From Tubulanus polymorphus (taxonomy: Eukaryota; Animalia; Nemertea), in contig NC_134025.1 in the NCBI RefSeq assembly GCF_964204645.1, forward strand, positions 22,734,299 through 22,798,298: DNA of 64,000 nt. The letters are read 5' to 3'. Position numbers and translations under genes: made by a program. The notes under the pieces are model-generated. The model saw only the letters and a program-made list of their open reading frames with translations, had not been told where the DNA came from and searched no databases. Below, one piece after another: positions 27,363 to 38,742 of this stretch; within the stretch, counting starts at the first letter, position 1; the number at the start of each line of letters is the position of its first letter.

Positions 27363-27918
27363 ATTTGTTGTTGTTATCGCGCTTGATATTACATTAGTTG
27401 TCAAGTTGTATTCTAGCTATAAAATGCTACATCAATATACGCTGTATTAGATGTATATACGTGTACATGTAATTCAATGAAGTGTGATAGAGAAAAAATT
27501 AATTAGTTCATGCTATTCATTAATTATGCTTTTTTACATCATTTATTGGCGCTCTGATCATGGTGCAGCCGCACAATATTTCGTTGCAACAAAAACCATG
27601 ATTTTTTTGTTATTCTGTTATCTACGGAGCTTTCGAATTAGACACATCTTTTTCTATAATTTTGATTCGTAATGTGGTTCATTTCCGAAACTGGAAGTAC
27701 ATATCAGCTCCTCAGACATTATGCCCGCTAAACTTAAGCCCCAAGGTCATATATCCCTTCGAAACGTACTGTTGACATTTCTCTTGTCTATTAAGAATAC
27801 TTTCACGAAGCTATTGACCTTTTTAATACGTATGATAAAGCATATCTTGATGGAACTGGTTATTCCTTTCAAACCGAACGTCTGCGAATGTCTTACACAT
27901 GAATAGATTGTTGTCATC

Positions 27919-29487
27919 ATGCTAAACATGCGTCTAAGTTTACTGAATACAGTAGCTATTGCCACTGTAATATTGGTTACAATTACGTCAGGAAAGCGGG
28001 TACTTTTACTCCCTAGTATGTGGGCAAGTCATATCCTAGAAATGTCTCAACTCGGACGCGAGCTTGTTCACAGAGGTCACGAAGTTCACATGCTGATGAG
28101 TGAAACGGTCAAAAAGATGCCAAACTCGGTCAAAGACTCGGGGATGCAGTTTTTGCGATATCCTGTAGATTACGATGCGGACCCGTTCTATGACGAATTA
28201 TTGATCAATCTGACGTTGAAGACCTGGGAATTTGGAAATACTATCAATACAGACACGGAAGTAGATCGCATCATGGGGCAACGAGAATGTCGACCACTTT
28301 TGAAAAGTCAGGAAATATTTCAGCAGATAGTTTCGATGAAGTTTGATTACGCTGTTGTTGATGCCGATTGTGCGTCGTTATGTAGGTACATAATTCCCTA
28401 CCAGGCTGACATTCCTTACGGCTCTTTTACTGCTTACATTTTTCCTTACATGTCCACATTGGCAATTCTCCCCTCTGTTACTGTGGGCCATTATTCAACA
28501 TCAACGGATAAGATGGGGTTTTTTGATAGGTTCGCAAACCTGATTTTGCATTACAAGTTTTGGAGCTTGAGCGAAAGTGCGTACAACTTGAAAGAGTTCA
28601 TGGGATCATTCGTTCCCGAAAAGCCATACCACTCACTGACGGATCTGGCTAGGAAGTCTCAGTTTTGGATTATCGAAACTGAGCCTATATTGGATCATCC
28701 TCGTATCAGTCTACCACATATTCATTATGTCGGAGGTTTAACTGCAGTGCCGGCTGAACCTTTGTCGGGTAAACTACAAGAAATATGTGACATGGCAACT
28801 GGCGGAATAGTTCTTGTATCTTTCGGAACTCGCGTTTCTAATTTACCACAAGAACATCTTTTCCGATTTATTGAGGGCTTAAACAGAGTCAATAAGAAGT
28901 ACACCGTCATTTTCAAATACGGTGGTTCCACTAAAGGAATGAAAATCTCCGAAAATATGCATATCGTTAATTGGATGCCTCAAAACGATATTCTAGGGCA
29001 TCCTAATACTCGATTGTTTGTGACGCATTGCGGAAATAATGGACGATACGAGGCACTCTATCACGGAATACCGATGTTGTTTTGTCCGTTCGCCTCCGAT
29101 CAAACGATGCACGCTCTAGAATTAGGGCTGAAAGGATTTGGACTAAGAATGGACATGAAAACGTTAAAATCTGATGAACTCGCGAAAGATATCCATGAAT
29201 TAATTGAGAATCCTCGATACAAAAACGCGATTCAGAAATCATCCGACATCTTCCGAGATTTACCGAGTCCAAGAGAGAAAGCTGCTTCAGTCGTTGAGCA
29301 TGTGATGAAACACGGAGCTGACCACTGGTATATGCCAGCATCAGAACTTTATTTGTACGAAATAATCATGCTTGATATCGTATTAGCTATAGTGTTTCTA
29401 GTATTCTGTTTTTCTTTAGTTCTAATATGTTTTGCTTTTGTTTTATATAAGATATGTTATCAATCTAAAAAGGAAAAGATTATCTAA
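27919..29487 (+). CDS. UDP-glycosyltransferase (GT1) copy 5
   Basis: 522-aa ORF (alternative ATG at 27928) with UGT signature, TM and KKEKII tail. Confidence 0.96.
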   Translation: MLNMRLSLLNTVAIATVILVTITSGKRVLLLPSMWASHILEMSQLGRELVHRGHEVHMLMSETVKKMPNSVKDSGMQFLRYPVDYDADPFYDELLINLTLKTWEFGNTINTDTEVDRIMGQRECRPLLKSQEIFQQIVSMKFDYAVVDADCASLCRYIIPYQADIPYGSFTAYIFPYMSTLAILPSVTVGHYSTSTDKMGFFDRFANLILHYKFWSLSESAYNLKEFMGSFVPEKPYHSLTDLARKSQFWIIETEPILDHPRISLPHIHYVGGLTAVPAEPLSGKLQEICDMATGGIVLVSFGTRVSNLPQEHLFRFIEGLNRVNKKYTVIFKYGGSTKGMKISENMHIVNWMPQNDILGHPNTRLFVTHCGNNGRYEALYHGIPMLFCPFASDQTMHALELGLKGFGLRMDMKTLKSDELAKDIHELIENPRYKNAIQKSSDIFRDLPSPREKAASVVEHVMKHGADHWYMPASELYLYEIIMLDIVLAIVFLVFCFSLVLICFAFVLYKICYQSKKEKII

Positions 29488-29719
29488 AATGTGTTGTTGT
29501 TTTTTTTTTCTAGTGCATATCTCTATCTTAATATCGTAATCAACAGCAACTATAGTTATTTATTCAATTTGAAGTATAATGTTTTTTCAATCATGGCGTG
29601 TCAGGTTTTTTTATATAAGAGCATTAGACGCCCCTGTAAATAGCTTATTCTGTAACTACGTTATCTACTACATGCATCAGGCACCGTAATGAGACGGTTT
29701 CCACAGACAAGCGACTGTC

Positions 29720-29852
29720 TGAAAAACCCACAATAAGATGAAAAAGCTAGGAGAGATGTGATCAGGTTTTGAAAATGGCTCATAAATTTCGTGTCGAAAC
29801 GTCAGATTCTCTCTAAGTGTTTAACAAAAAAAAATTTATTGTGGGTTTTTCA
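29720..29852. repeat. Fold-back element with a decayed hammerhead-like core
   Basis: Inverted ends TGAAAAACCCACAATAA / TTATTGTGGGTTTTTTCA; interior TTGAAAATGGC...GTCGAAACGTCAGA. Confidence 0.5.
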
Positions 29853-30056
29853 CTTTACTATAGTAAGTGACTATTTCACTGATTTGTTTACGCACGAATA
29901 AAATTGATTTGTGCAAGTTTACTGTATGTGTTTTCGCAATAAAAACAAATAAATTATGTTACGTATAGGCCAATACTGAATCTATTTACACATCGTTTAT
30001 TACATAATTTGATGGAATTCCACGTGTTTATGTACACAATCTAATACAGATCGTTA

Positions 30057-33000
30057 TTAGATACGCAGTTTCTGCACAGCCTTCGATAATACGTCCATTT
30101 TATTTTTCACGAAAGTGATTTCCTTTTCGGCCACGGTTTTAGCGTCGACGATATCTACCGATTGGGTGTACGGGTTATACACTATTTCCATCGGTTTCTT
30201 AATTGTCCGAATATACTCCCTATAAAATGAAGAAAAATCTATGTTAGATAACAGCATTAGATCTACGAAAGCGTCTCGAGGACATAGTTAGTGTAATTTT
30301 TTTTGTCTATTGAAAAATCACATGATTAAATATAAATCCGATTTTCTGTTTGAAACTTATGTTTTCTCAACCGATTTTCAACTCTGACTTTGAAAAAATT
30401 TTATGTTTTTTCTCAACTGGTCGCTTTTAATTCCGTTGTTTCATACCCGAATTTTGTTCAATTACATGATTATTCAACAGGAGAAAATAGAAAGAATAAT
30501 TGATAGTTATGTCACCATAATTATGCTTCCGTATGAATCGCATATCGATTTCTGGAGTTATATGTAGATATATTGATTTTGATGAATGTAATTTACCTAA
30601 GCTTAAGTTTGACGTCCTCCAGTGCATCTGTATAATAGTATTGGTTTTGATAAGCCGTTATCACGCACTCTGCTTTCGCCGTTTCTATTGGGTCGAATGG
30701 CTTTATTACGGCTGCCGGTGACAGAGCGTGCTGCAGAAAATCACAGGAAAGTATCTTATTCAGTGTTGGATAGAAATTTTTCTTCAGTTCAAAGGCGCGA
30801 ACATTGCGGCAGTCCCAAGGACAATAATCATCTTAGCACTTCTACGTATGTTAGCCAATTCGGGCCACATAGAAAATGTGACATTCAAGCTCCACCATTG
30901 TTTTGTTGAATTTTGTTTTAACGCCACGTTAAAACCAACTTTTCGTTTTTGCGTGGTCTTTTTCGTTCGAACCACACTCAAGAAAAGTCGGTTTTAAAGC
31001 GCGATTAACAAGGGAAAATACCACGTTAAAACCATAAGTTGTTCTAACGTAGCATTAACGAAAAAGAACACGTTATAATGAAAATTTCAAAATGTAAAAT
31101 GATCGAGGGTCAAAGGTGTAAAATGTAAAAAGAAAATTTGTTGAGGTCATATTTCTTTTTTATATGGCCCGAATCAGCCACCACTTACCTGTAATTCCGC
31201 TGCCGATGACAGTAGACCAGCTCCGTAAACGCGTACTTGACCGCTGACGCTATCTTTCGACAAGCCAAATTCGACCGTGAAAAAATACAACTTCATAATA
31301 AAGAAAAAGTTTAGATTATTTGAATTTTTGGGAAATGCATGCCAGAGATAATCTCGTTAAAAGACTAACCGTGGCAAGATTTTTTACGTCCTCGTCCGAA
31401 GCACCAATCGACGCTAATCCAATTTCATGCGAGAACTCTGCGAATGTAGGGTCGGCTAGTAAGGCGATATGACCCAATAATTCGTGACAGCAATCTCTGG
31501 AATATGAAATATTTTCCGTTCTAAACACCTTTCAATTAACACATGTTAATCTTGACAATCTAGAGAAAAGAATCATTCGAAAATTATTGGAACCAAAATT
31601 TTCAAATCCACAGTCACAATACTCGGCGACGTCAAGATTTACAAACACTTTCTTTCAATAGTCTAAGAAGAAAATTTTCAGTAAAAGTATCCGGCCCTTT
31701 ACTTTGGAATAACATCAGTGAAAATCTAAAAAACATGGAAAATTCTAAACTGTTCCTAAGAAATTATAGAAAGCAACTTTGTGCTTGATTTTATCATACA
31801 GTTATTCGAACTAAAATTATTGTTTTTGGAATATTTCAGAAAATAACTGGCTTATTAAATGATTATATCTTAATCAAGCTGTTATCATAGTTTACTTTGA
31901 TTGCATTTTGTGTGTTAAGGGTTGACTGTGAGCATATTATTTTCTTTATTGCATTTCTCTTTTTTTCTTTTCTCTTTTGAGGGACCTGTTTTATACAAAC
32001 TATTCCTTAGTTTCTACAGGCCCCTCCAGGTCTAATTTACTGTATTTTGTATTATGCTTTGTACACTATGCTGTAAATTATATTTGAAAAATAAAGTGTT
32101 CAAATCAATCAAATCAAAATCTAATTCAAGATACTGATTTGTGGTCTTATCGATGATGTCATGCGATATTGATTGAAGTACATACCACAAAATTGACGTA
32201 ATTGAAAACAGCTTTGATGGATATTCATACATTATATATTACAGAGAAATATAAATAATTCTATATGATATATCTAAATGTATCTGGATGATCTATCGCC
32301 GAGGCAACAGGACAATGATGCTAGTTGTCCATTAGCAGCAGTAGATGTTATTAATTGATTGATGTAGTTTTGATGGTTTCACCAGGGAGGTGGAAGTCCC
32401 GGTGTCATTGATACCGATGCTTAGAAAAGTTTGTAATATCACTTACGGTTCAGGTGTATACAGCGGATCTTCATGGTGCCTGATGTATTGAGTACAGTGG
32501 AATACCCGGAAAGCCAGTCCGGAAAGAAAGTCCCGCGGGGACAGGTACCCAGCCACCGGCCGCACGCTGAAGCCCGAACGAACTACATCGGAAAACAGTA
32601 TATGATAACAGATTTGATTTCATTGAAATTCATAAATGATGAATTCTCTTACAAATGAGATAAACATTTGAAATTCATTGATCGAGTTTGAATTGGTATA
32701 TGCTTGTAGAACATATTATGTTGAGCATTCTATGAATTATCATTGATTCAAACAGAATTTTCATCAATTACCCTTTAGAAATTTACTGACGTCTTCGAGT
32801 TGTGGAATATTGCCAATTCTGTAACCGCAATATTCTTCCAGAAGTCCGAAATTGTTTAGATGTTCCTGGCACGCGTGTGTCGGGTACAACTTCTTCAACG
32901 TGCCATAAACTACGTTCCAAGTTTCGACTTCCTGCTGTGTATATTCGATTCTTGGTATGGGCGTGCCGCTGTAGGAAATCAGAAAAAGAACCGTTCAAGT

Positions 33001-34936
33001 TTGTCTTGGCGTCTGATGGCTCTGAGTTTGAATTTTTACCATGACCACGAGACCATATGTGATCCAACTGAAGTTTTTCGCATTTTCAATAGGTCTGCAA
33101 ACATGATCATAAAACTTACTATTTATAGTTCAGAGCAATTTCGGCAAATAATTGTCGTCTTTTGCGGTAGACAGGGTCTTTGAATCCCTGAAATTGAACA
33201 AATAACATATTTCGCCTACTTCTAAAAACAACAATTACAATTTCCCTTATCTTGCGTATATCAATTTTGTTAGTATTTCGTATTTTGATTTTGTTAAGAA
33301 TGCATCAGATTTTCTCGGTGATTATCAATTATAAGTACCGGATGGTCGGCGTCTAGATCGGCCCCATACATCATCACACGTTTTGACGTTTCATCCAGTT
33401 GCCAGATTGACGTCACGAAATCATAGTTCTTTCCTTCTTGTTCACCGGTGGTTGTGAGATCTTATTTCAATGAAAATAAGAAAAACAAATGTAAATTTGT
33501 GTATGGTACAAAAGCTGGAGGTGCGATATCCCACAATGAACTTAATGGTTCCTAACTGTTACTGTATCTGCGTCATCTTACCACTGGCTTCGCCGACGAC
33601 TTTAGTATTGCCCAGGATAGATTCGACTTCTTTCGCACTGGCTTGCGAAGTATCCAATTCGAGGTAAACTTCCATGCCCGAGTTGTCCCGGCTTTTTCTG
33701 GATTCCACATGTAAGATATCCACTCCGCATTTCTGATAAAAAAAAATCAATAATAAACGGATATGAATTTTTACAAAGTTTCGATTCAATAACACTCCGC
33801 TACATTTGCATTGCTGTTTTTAGGTTGGTATGAAATTATTTGACAACTTAATTGAAAGGAAACACTTCATTGATCCATAAAAACCGGTAGAAATCCACGT
33901 ATGGCGTGCTAGTCAAAACAAATCCATAAAATTCACAGGTAAAATGTAATAAAGTTGTACGATATTTCAGATGAGGGTGAGATCCTCCGTAATTACGCTG
34001 AAATCCTGCCTAAATTGTTCGTTGCCCGTGGTTCTGGTGGAAAAGCAGCAATCTGTTACTATAGAAGATCGTGATTGTGTTTGGCATAGCGTACAAAAAG
34101 CAATGAATTGCTAATCAGGATATCAGTGATTGGATATCGCCGACACTGCGCGTAATGGACGACGCGCATAATTTCATGAGATTTAACGCGATGTGGATAA
34201 TTTCCGATCACCGAAGCTTACTCTTTTCAGCACTATATTTTCCCACGATAAACAAAATATTTCATTTGCCTAAATACGTATCTGAATTGTTACTTTTTTT
34301 TATTATTTCGTATCAAATTATAACGTTTTGCATGGAGTTTTAGAAAGTACGAACAGTTTGAAATACACATTTCAACAATTTCAATAGAACTTGTCCTTAT
34401 CACACTATTCGAGTCGGCATTTCTGAATAGTACACTTCTATATATCAAAACAGAGATTTAAGCGAATAATGTGGTTTTCACTTGGATACGCGAAAGCCTT
34501 ACCTCAATAGCAGTTATTTTTTGCGCCAAATCACCGCGTTTCTTGACAGAAAACAAACAAGAGATAACGGGGTTATTGTCGTCCGCCTAAAAATCGACGA
34601 AAATTCTATTGATCAAAATATATATTATATTCATTTTGAAGCCATAGGTTGAGTGACCGAAGCAGGAACTGTGTTTTAGCACGGACGGCGGACGTGTTAT
34701 CTAGAGTATGCGTCCATGGTTTTATGAAATAAGGAAACATCCCACTAAAACACACGTTATGAAAATCATCGATAATTTCATATCCACATATAGCAAAAGC
34801 TGTTGTTGAATTTTGGACAAAACCAATTATCAATCAAGGAACAGTTACTTTAATATGCAAACCGACTTAAAATACCCAGCGATTGTTAAATTCTACTTGC
34901 CGTTGAGTTAACTGAAGTTGTTCCTTTTTTATCCAT
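30057..34936 (-). CDS. TPH: Tryptophan hydroxylase-like aromatic amino-acid hydroxylase; 11 coding exons
   Basis: Exons 34936-34901 (tentative, GC donor), 34586-34503, 33732-33582, 33460-33339, 33187-33120, 32968-32772, 32582-32447, 31496-31370, 31290-31189, 30730-30597, 30219-30057. ACT domain (HVESRKSR), [15 protein letters not shown], iron ligands in HELLGH and VEFG; TPH-type [18 protein letters not shown] and ECVIT. Confidence 0.88.
30849..31183. mobile_element. MITE with the same TIR but a different interior (subfamily B), in a TPH intron
   Basis: Right TIR TGGCCCGAATCAGCCACCA; degenerate left TIR (..AATTCGGGCCAC); interior CCACGTTAAAACC motifs. Confidence 0.7.
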
Positions 34937-35758
34937 GTTTAAACGTCCACTTTGTGCACGATGTGAATTACTGTTTTCGAAACTGGTCAGTCGCTGTTGA
35001 GTGCGAGAGTTTGCGCAATTTGTAAGCGGATTCGAGGCGTAAATTACGCAGGGATTACATTCGATAATAAACGTGATTGGTTCGCTAAGTTGTGATCAAC
35101 GATCGTCGATCCCCCGTATCTGTTCTCAATTTGTCGGGATTGATCCCCGCTGACGTGCCGCGTCTGATCCAGAAACACGAATTAGCATTTAGACTGCGTT
35201 CGTTCGCAATGGCAGATGGATATATCGGCGATAACACGGGAAAGGAATTAGAAATGGGATGTTTTGGACAGAGTCGAGACATCACCGGTGCGCAACACGC
35301 GCGCTGAAATATTGATGACCACTGACAGTCCGGCATCGTCTGTCATATTATGCAACACTTGATTTCTACTACACGCGTATAATGAATCAATCGTAAATCA
35401 CTGTTGAATATTTGACGAATGCAGTGTTACTTTATCCGTAAAGTACTGATTTATTCATAAACAGAGTCAACGTCGAGCAAAAGACATGCCATAAGTAAAA
35501 TCAGCCATGAATTCTTAATTCTTCGCGTTTTTTTTTTATTTGATCGGAACTGAACGGGGTCTTGGGGCCCTCCTCTGGAAATAATCTGAAAATACCATGC
35601 GCCGATAGCGGTTCAGAACGATTCCCGTTTAGATACCGACGGTGTGAACGAGTTTAATATACATGTATATTGTTGTAAATGGTTTGTAGTAGTATAAGGC
35701 TTAAGAAAAAACTATAAGTCCCACAATCACGGATCCGAAAAACTTAGCGTAATGTTAG

Positions 35759-35857
35759 AAATTTATCAAAATTAGAATTTTCGGTTTTTCACTAAAGATT
35801 ATCGTTCCTGACGATGGTGTTAAGTGAAAAACCAAAAATTCGAATTTCAATAAATTT
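35759..35857. repeat. Imperfect fold-back, ~35-bp arms
   Basis: AAATTTAT...TTTTCGGTTTTTCACT / AGTGAAAAACCAAAAATT...ATAAATTT. Confidence 0.6.
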
Positions 35858-36714
35858 TACTTTTATATTCAACTCTTCTTTCGCGATTTGCGAAGTTTAC
35901 CTCGTCACGGCTTAAGTAAATAAGCACTTTTTAGCACTGTGCGGTGAATGTTATTGCACTCTTTTTACAGAATTGCGCCCTTGATAGACACTATTTTGTA
36001 TAAGTGCCCATCATTTATCAAACCATCACTTACAATAACCTTCATGGACGGCCTTGTAGATCTACACAAAATATTAACCAAAATCGAAATTGATTTAGGA
36101 TGATTTCAATAAAAAATTGGCATTCAAAAGTCGTTATACATGCATAGAGAATAATTTCAATAGATAAAGCGTAAATTCTGCCGCCACAGTAAAAACAGCG
36201 ATCTCGACTGTTCAGTGCTGACTCTATGTATAACGATAGCGGGAAAAACGTGAACTAACATAGCACTCGCATGCCAAAGTCGTTGAACAGCAATACTGGA
36301 CAAACTATTTACCGATTTGCGGGCCGGACACTGGAGAAAGGTCTCAGACTCGTAAAAACCTCACTGAAACTACCCAACTGGAAATTTTCTCCATAAAATA
36401 ATTTCTTTTAAAAGAGTAAGCGCGTCGAGGGTTTTTTTTTGGGGGGGGGAGGGGGCTAGGTTGACGGATACTTTTCTTTTACAATCTCATTTTCTCGCAA
36501 AAATATATAATGGAAGGATAAGAGTGAAAGTTTTGTCAATGTTTTGGATACCGGAATGGTCATTCAAAAAATTTAGTCTATTCTACTGTGGCATGCGAGG
36601 AGTACAAATATTTACTAATTTTTGCGGGGAAGGTATGTAGCCTCGGGAGGTGACATGGTGAAAAATACTTATTTTATTTACCATAGAATTTTTTTTCGTG
36701 GGAATTTTGCGACC

Positions 36715-37135
36715 TGATATGACGGTCCCATGCAGCAACTCGAGCTGCTGGCGAACCAGGGGCCGGTTGCATGTCATGGCTTTGACTTAAGACAAGTCTA
36801 AGACCAACTTAGTTCTATAGCCAATCTAACAACTTAAGACCAGTCTTACGATTTAAGACCACTTTTGGACTTAAGTCACGACTGTGCAACTGGCCCCAGG
36901 ACCTTACGCAGGCTGTCTAATCTTGATGTTTTCTTGTTACATTAGATGAAACCGAGTGATTTGTTTGCAGAGGTGCATATGCTTGATGGTCCCACTTATG
37001 TAAATGGTCGATGTCCACGTCTAGGTATTGTGCATAGTGCACTGAATGAAGGTCTCGCCATGTAACATGGGGCTTTCGGGAAGTTGGATAACATGGCATT
37101 TGGTGGGGTCAAACTCAATATCCCAGGTTCTCCCG
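36715..37135 (-). mobile_element. Decayed non-LTR retrotransposon (CR1/L2-like) fragment, region C-terminal to the RT core
   Basis: Minus-strand pieces in shifting frames: WDIEFDPTKCHVI, LHGET..SVHYAQYLDVDI, ANKSLGFI, LVRQQLE..AAWD, matching recalled LINE ORF2 motifs W.M.FNP.KC, KYLGV.I, AN..LGF, LVRP.LEY...WDP. Confidence 0.7.
36760..36896. mobile_element. PIF/Harbinger-type MITE inserted in the LINE fragment
   Basis: TIR GGGCCGGTTGCA / TGCAACTGGCCC; 3-bp CAG direct repeat at 36757-36759 and 36897-36899. Confidence 0.8.
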
Positions 37136-37943
37136 GTTCATTTGTTTTTGGCGCTGGTTTAGTGTTAGATGCTGCTTGACAGAACCAATCGCTATTGCAA
37201 AATTATTTATAAACATTATTGTTATTGGTACATATTATTGGAAAAGGTGAGCGAGTCCTAGTTTTCTTACTTATATCATAAGACGGTGATAAAAGGGTTA
37301 ACTTAAATTATGTGTCGGCTAAAAAGGTCAGTTGGCTGTTCATGAAGATTATCGTGTAATAAAAATGATGAGCGATTACAAAGTCTATCAAGGGCGCACT
37401 TCTTCCGCACTGTAAGGGCTGAAGAGCGCTTAAGCCCCACTCCTGCATACCAAACCATGTACCACGCGATACATTTAGACTGTCGGTATGTAAACGGGAA
37501 ATCGCTCCGAGCCCTATTGGCGCATGAAATTTTCAAAATGATTAGTGTGTTAAGGGTCCATGATGGGTGCGATAAGTAGGGAGCCTTAATTATCGGAACC
37601 AAAGTATGTTCTGGGCCGACATATTTGTAAAGAATCACTAGTATATGTATTCGGCGACCAGCAGTCTATAAGCCACTGCTGCCACCCAGTAATATCAATA
37701 CACGTACAAATTAAAGTATTTCATGAAATAACAATATCGCATAATTATACAACGCCACCTATCGGCTCAATATAGGTATATCTTCGATCATTTAGTAGGT
37801 GAAAGATATTTTAACTACTCACATACTGATGACGTTCTACGACCACTTATGGAATGGTTACGTATGACGTGGTAACATCTTATGAGGCACCAAAAATAAA
37901 AACCACAATGGGCTCAGCTGAACAGCACGCCTATCTTGTGAAA

Positions 37944-38144
37944 TGGTGATATTTATCAATTTTGATTCGATTCAGCCAAAGTATTTCGCGCGAGAAAACA
38001 AAAAGTTTTGTACATTCTCGTGCGCGAAAACCAAATTTTTGAATATTCGTGCGAGACAACAAAAAAAGCAAGCCAATGTAAAAACTTTTTTTCGTGGCTC
38101 TAGCCGTACAGGATTTTTTTTTGTCCGGCCCGAATCAGCCACCA
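37944..38144. mobile_element. MITE subfamily A, degenerate copy
   Basis: Right TIR GGCCCGAATCAGCCACCA intact, decayed TCGCGCGAGAAAA repeats, left end eroded. Confidence 0.7.
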
Positions 38145-38742
38145 TAATAATACCTACATATTCCAATACTAGAAAAATATTGACAGTATCGATGCTACCG
38201 TCAAACCAGATTGTCGCTGAATGTTTCATGAACGTTAAAACCGATAAACGATACACAGTATAGGGGTGAGTTTCGGTCAATGGCTCAATTTCCATCCGTA
38301 CCACCTTGCTATAGTCGTTCAGCTCCGAGATCTGGAGCACAGTTTGTAATTTACCCATATAACCTTAAACCTTATTGTTACTTCAAAGTAAATGATTTGA
38401 AGAATTCATCTGTAAATCGTAAGATAGCACGCTAAGATTTCGATGTTAATTTCAATCCATCACATCATTGCATTGATGTGTTTCGTTTGATTTATCAACG
38501 CTTTCGTAGTTTTAACGGCAGTGATATTCGCGAATATTTCAACATTTTGACATCCCGAAGCAGCGATGACTGGGGTAACATTGGGAAAGCAAAAAATGTT
38601 TGCACGTCACACGAACGACTATAATTTTGAGAGAGACATTCCCGTAATCAATGGCAAACGAGTAGCAGCAGCACTCGCTTCACTGATCGCATTGTAGTGG
38701 AAACGCGCGTTACACACAGCCTTTGACGCTGAAACAAGTAAC

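Noticed and set aside
19505-29487. Bacterial operon or horizontal transfer for the intronless UGT array
   Set aside because: Signal peptides, C-terminal TM with lysine tails and upstream splice acceptors are animal ER-UGT features.
30057-34936. Phenylalanine or tyrosine hydroxylase call
   Set aside because: [13 protein letters not shown] and ECVIT are TPH-type; PAH has GLLSSRDFL and YWFT.
35085-35336. Overlapping short ORFs in a GC-richer patch upstream of TPH
   Set aside because: No recognisable motif or splice structure; more likely regulatory or chance.
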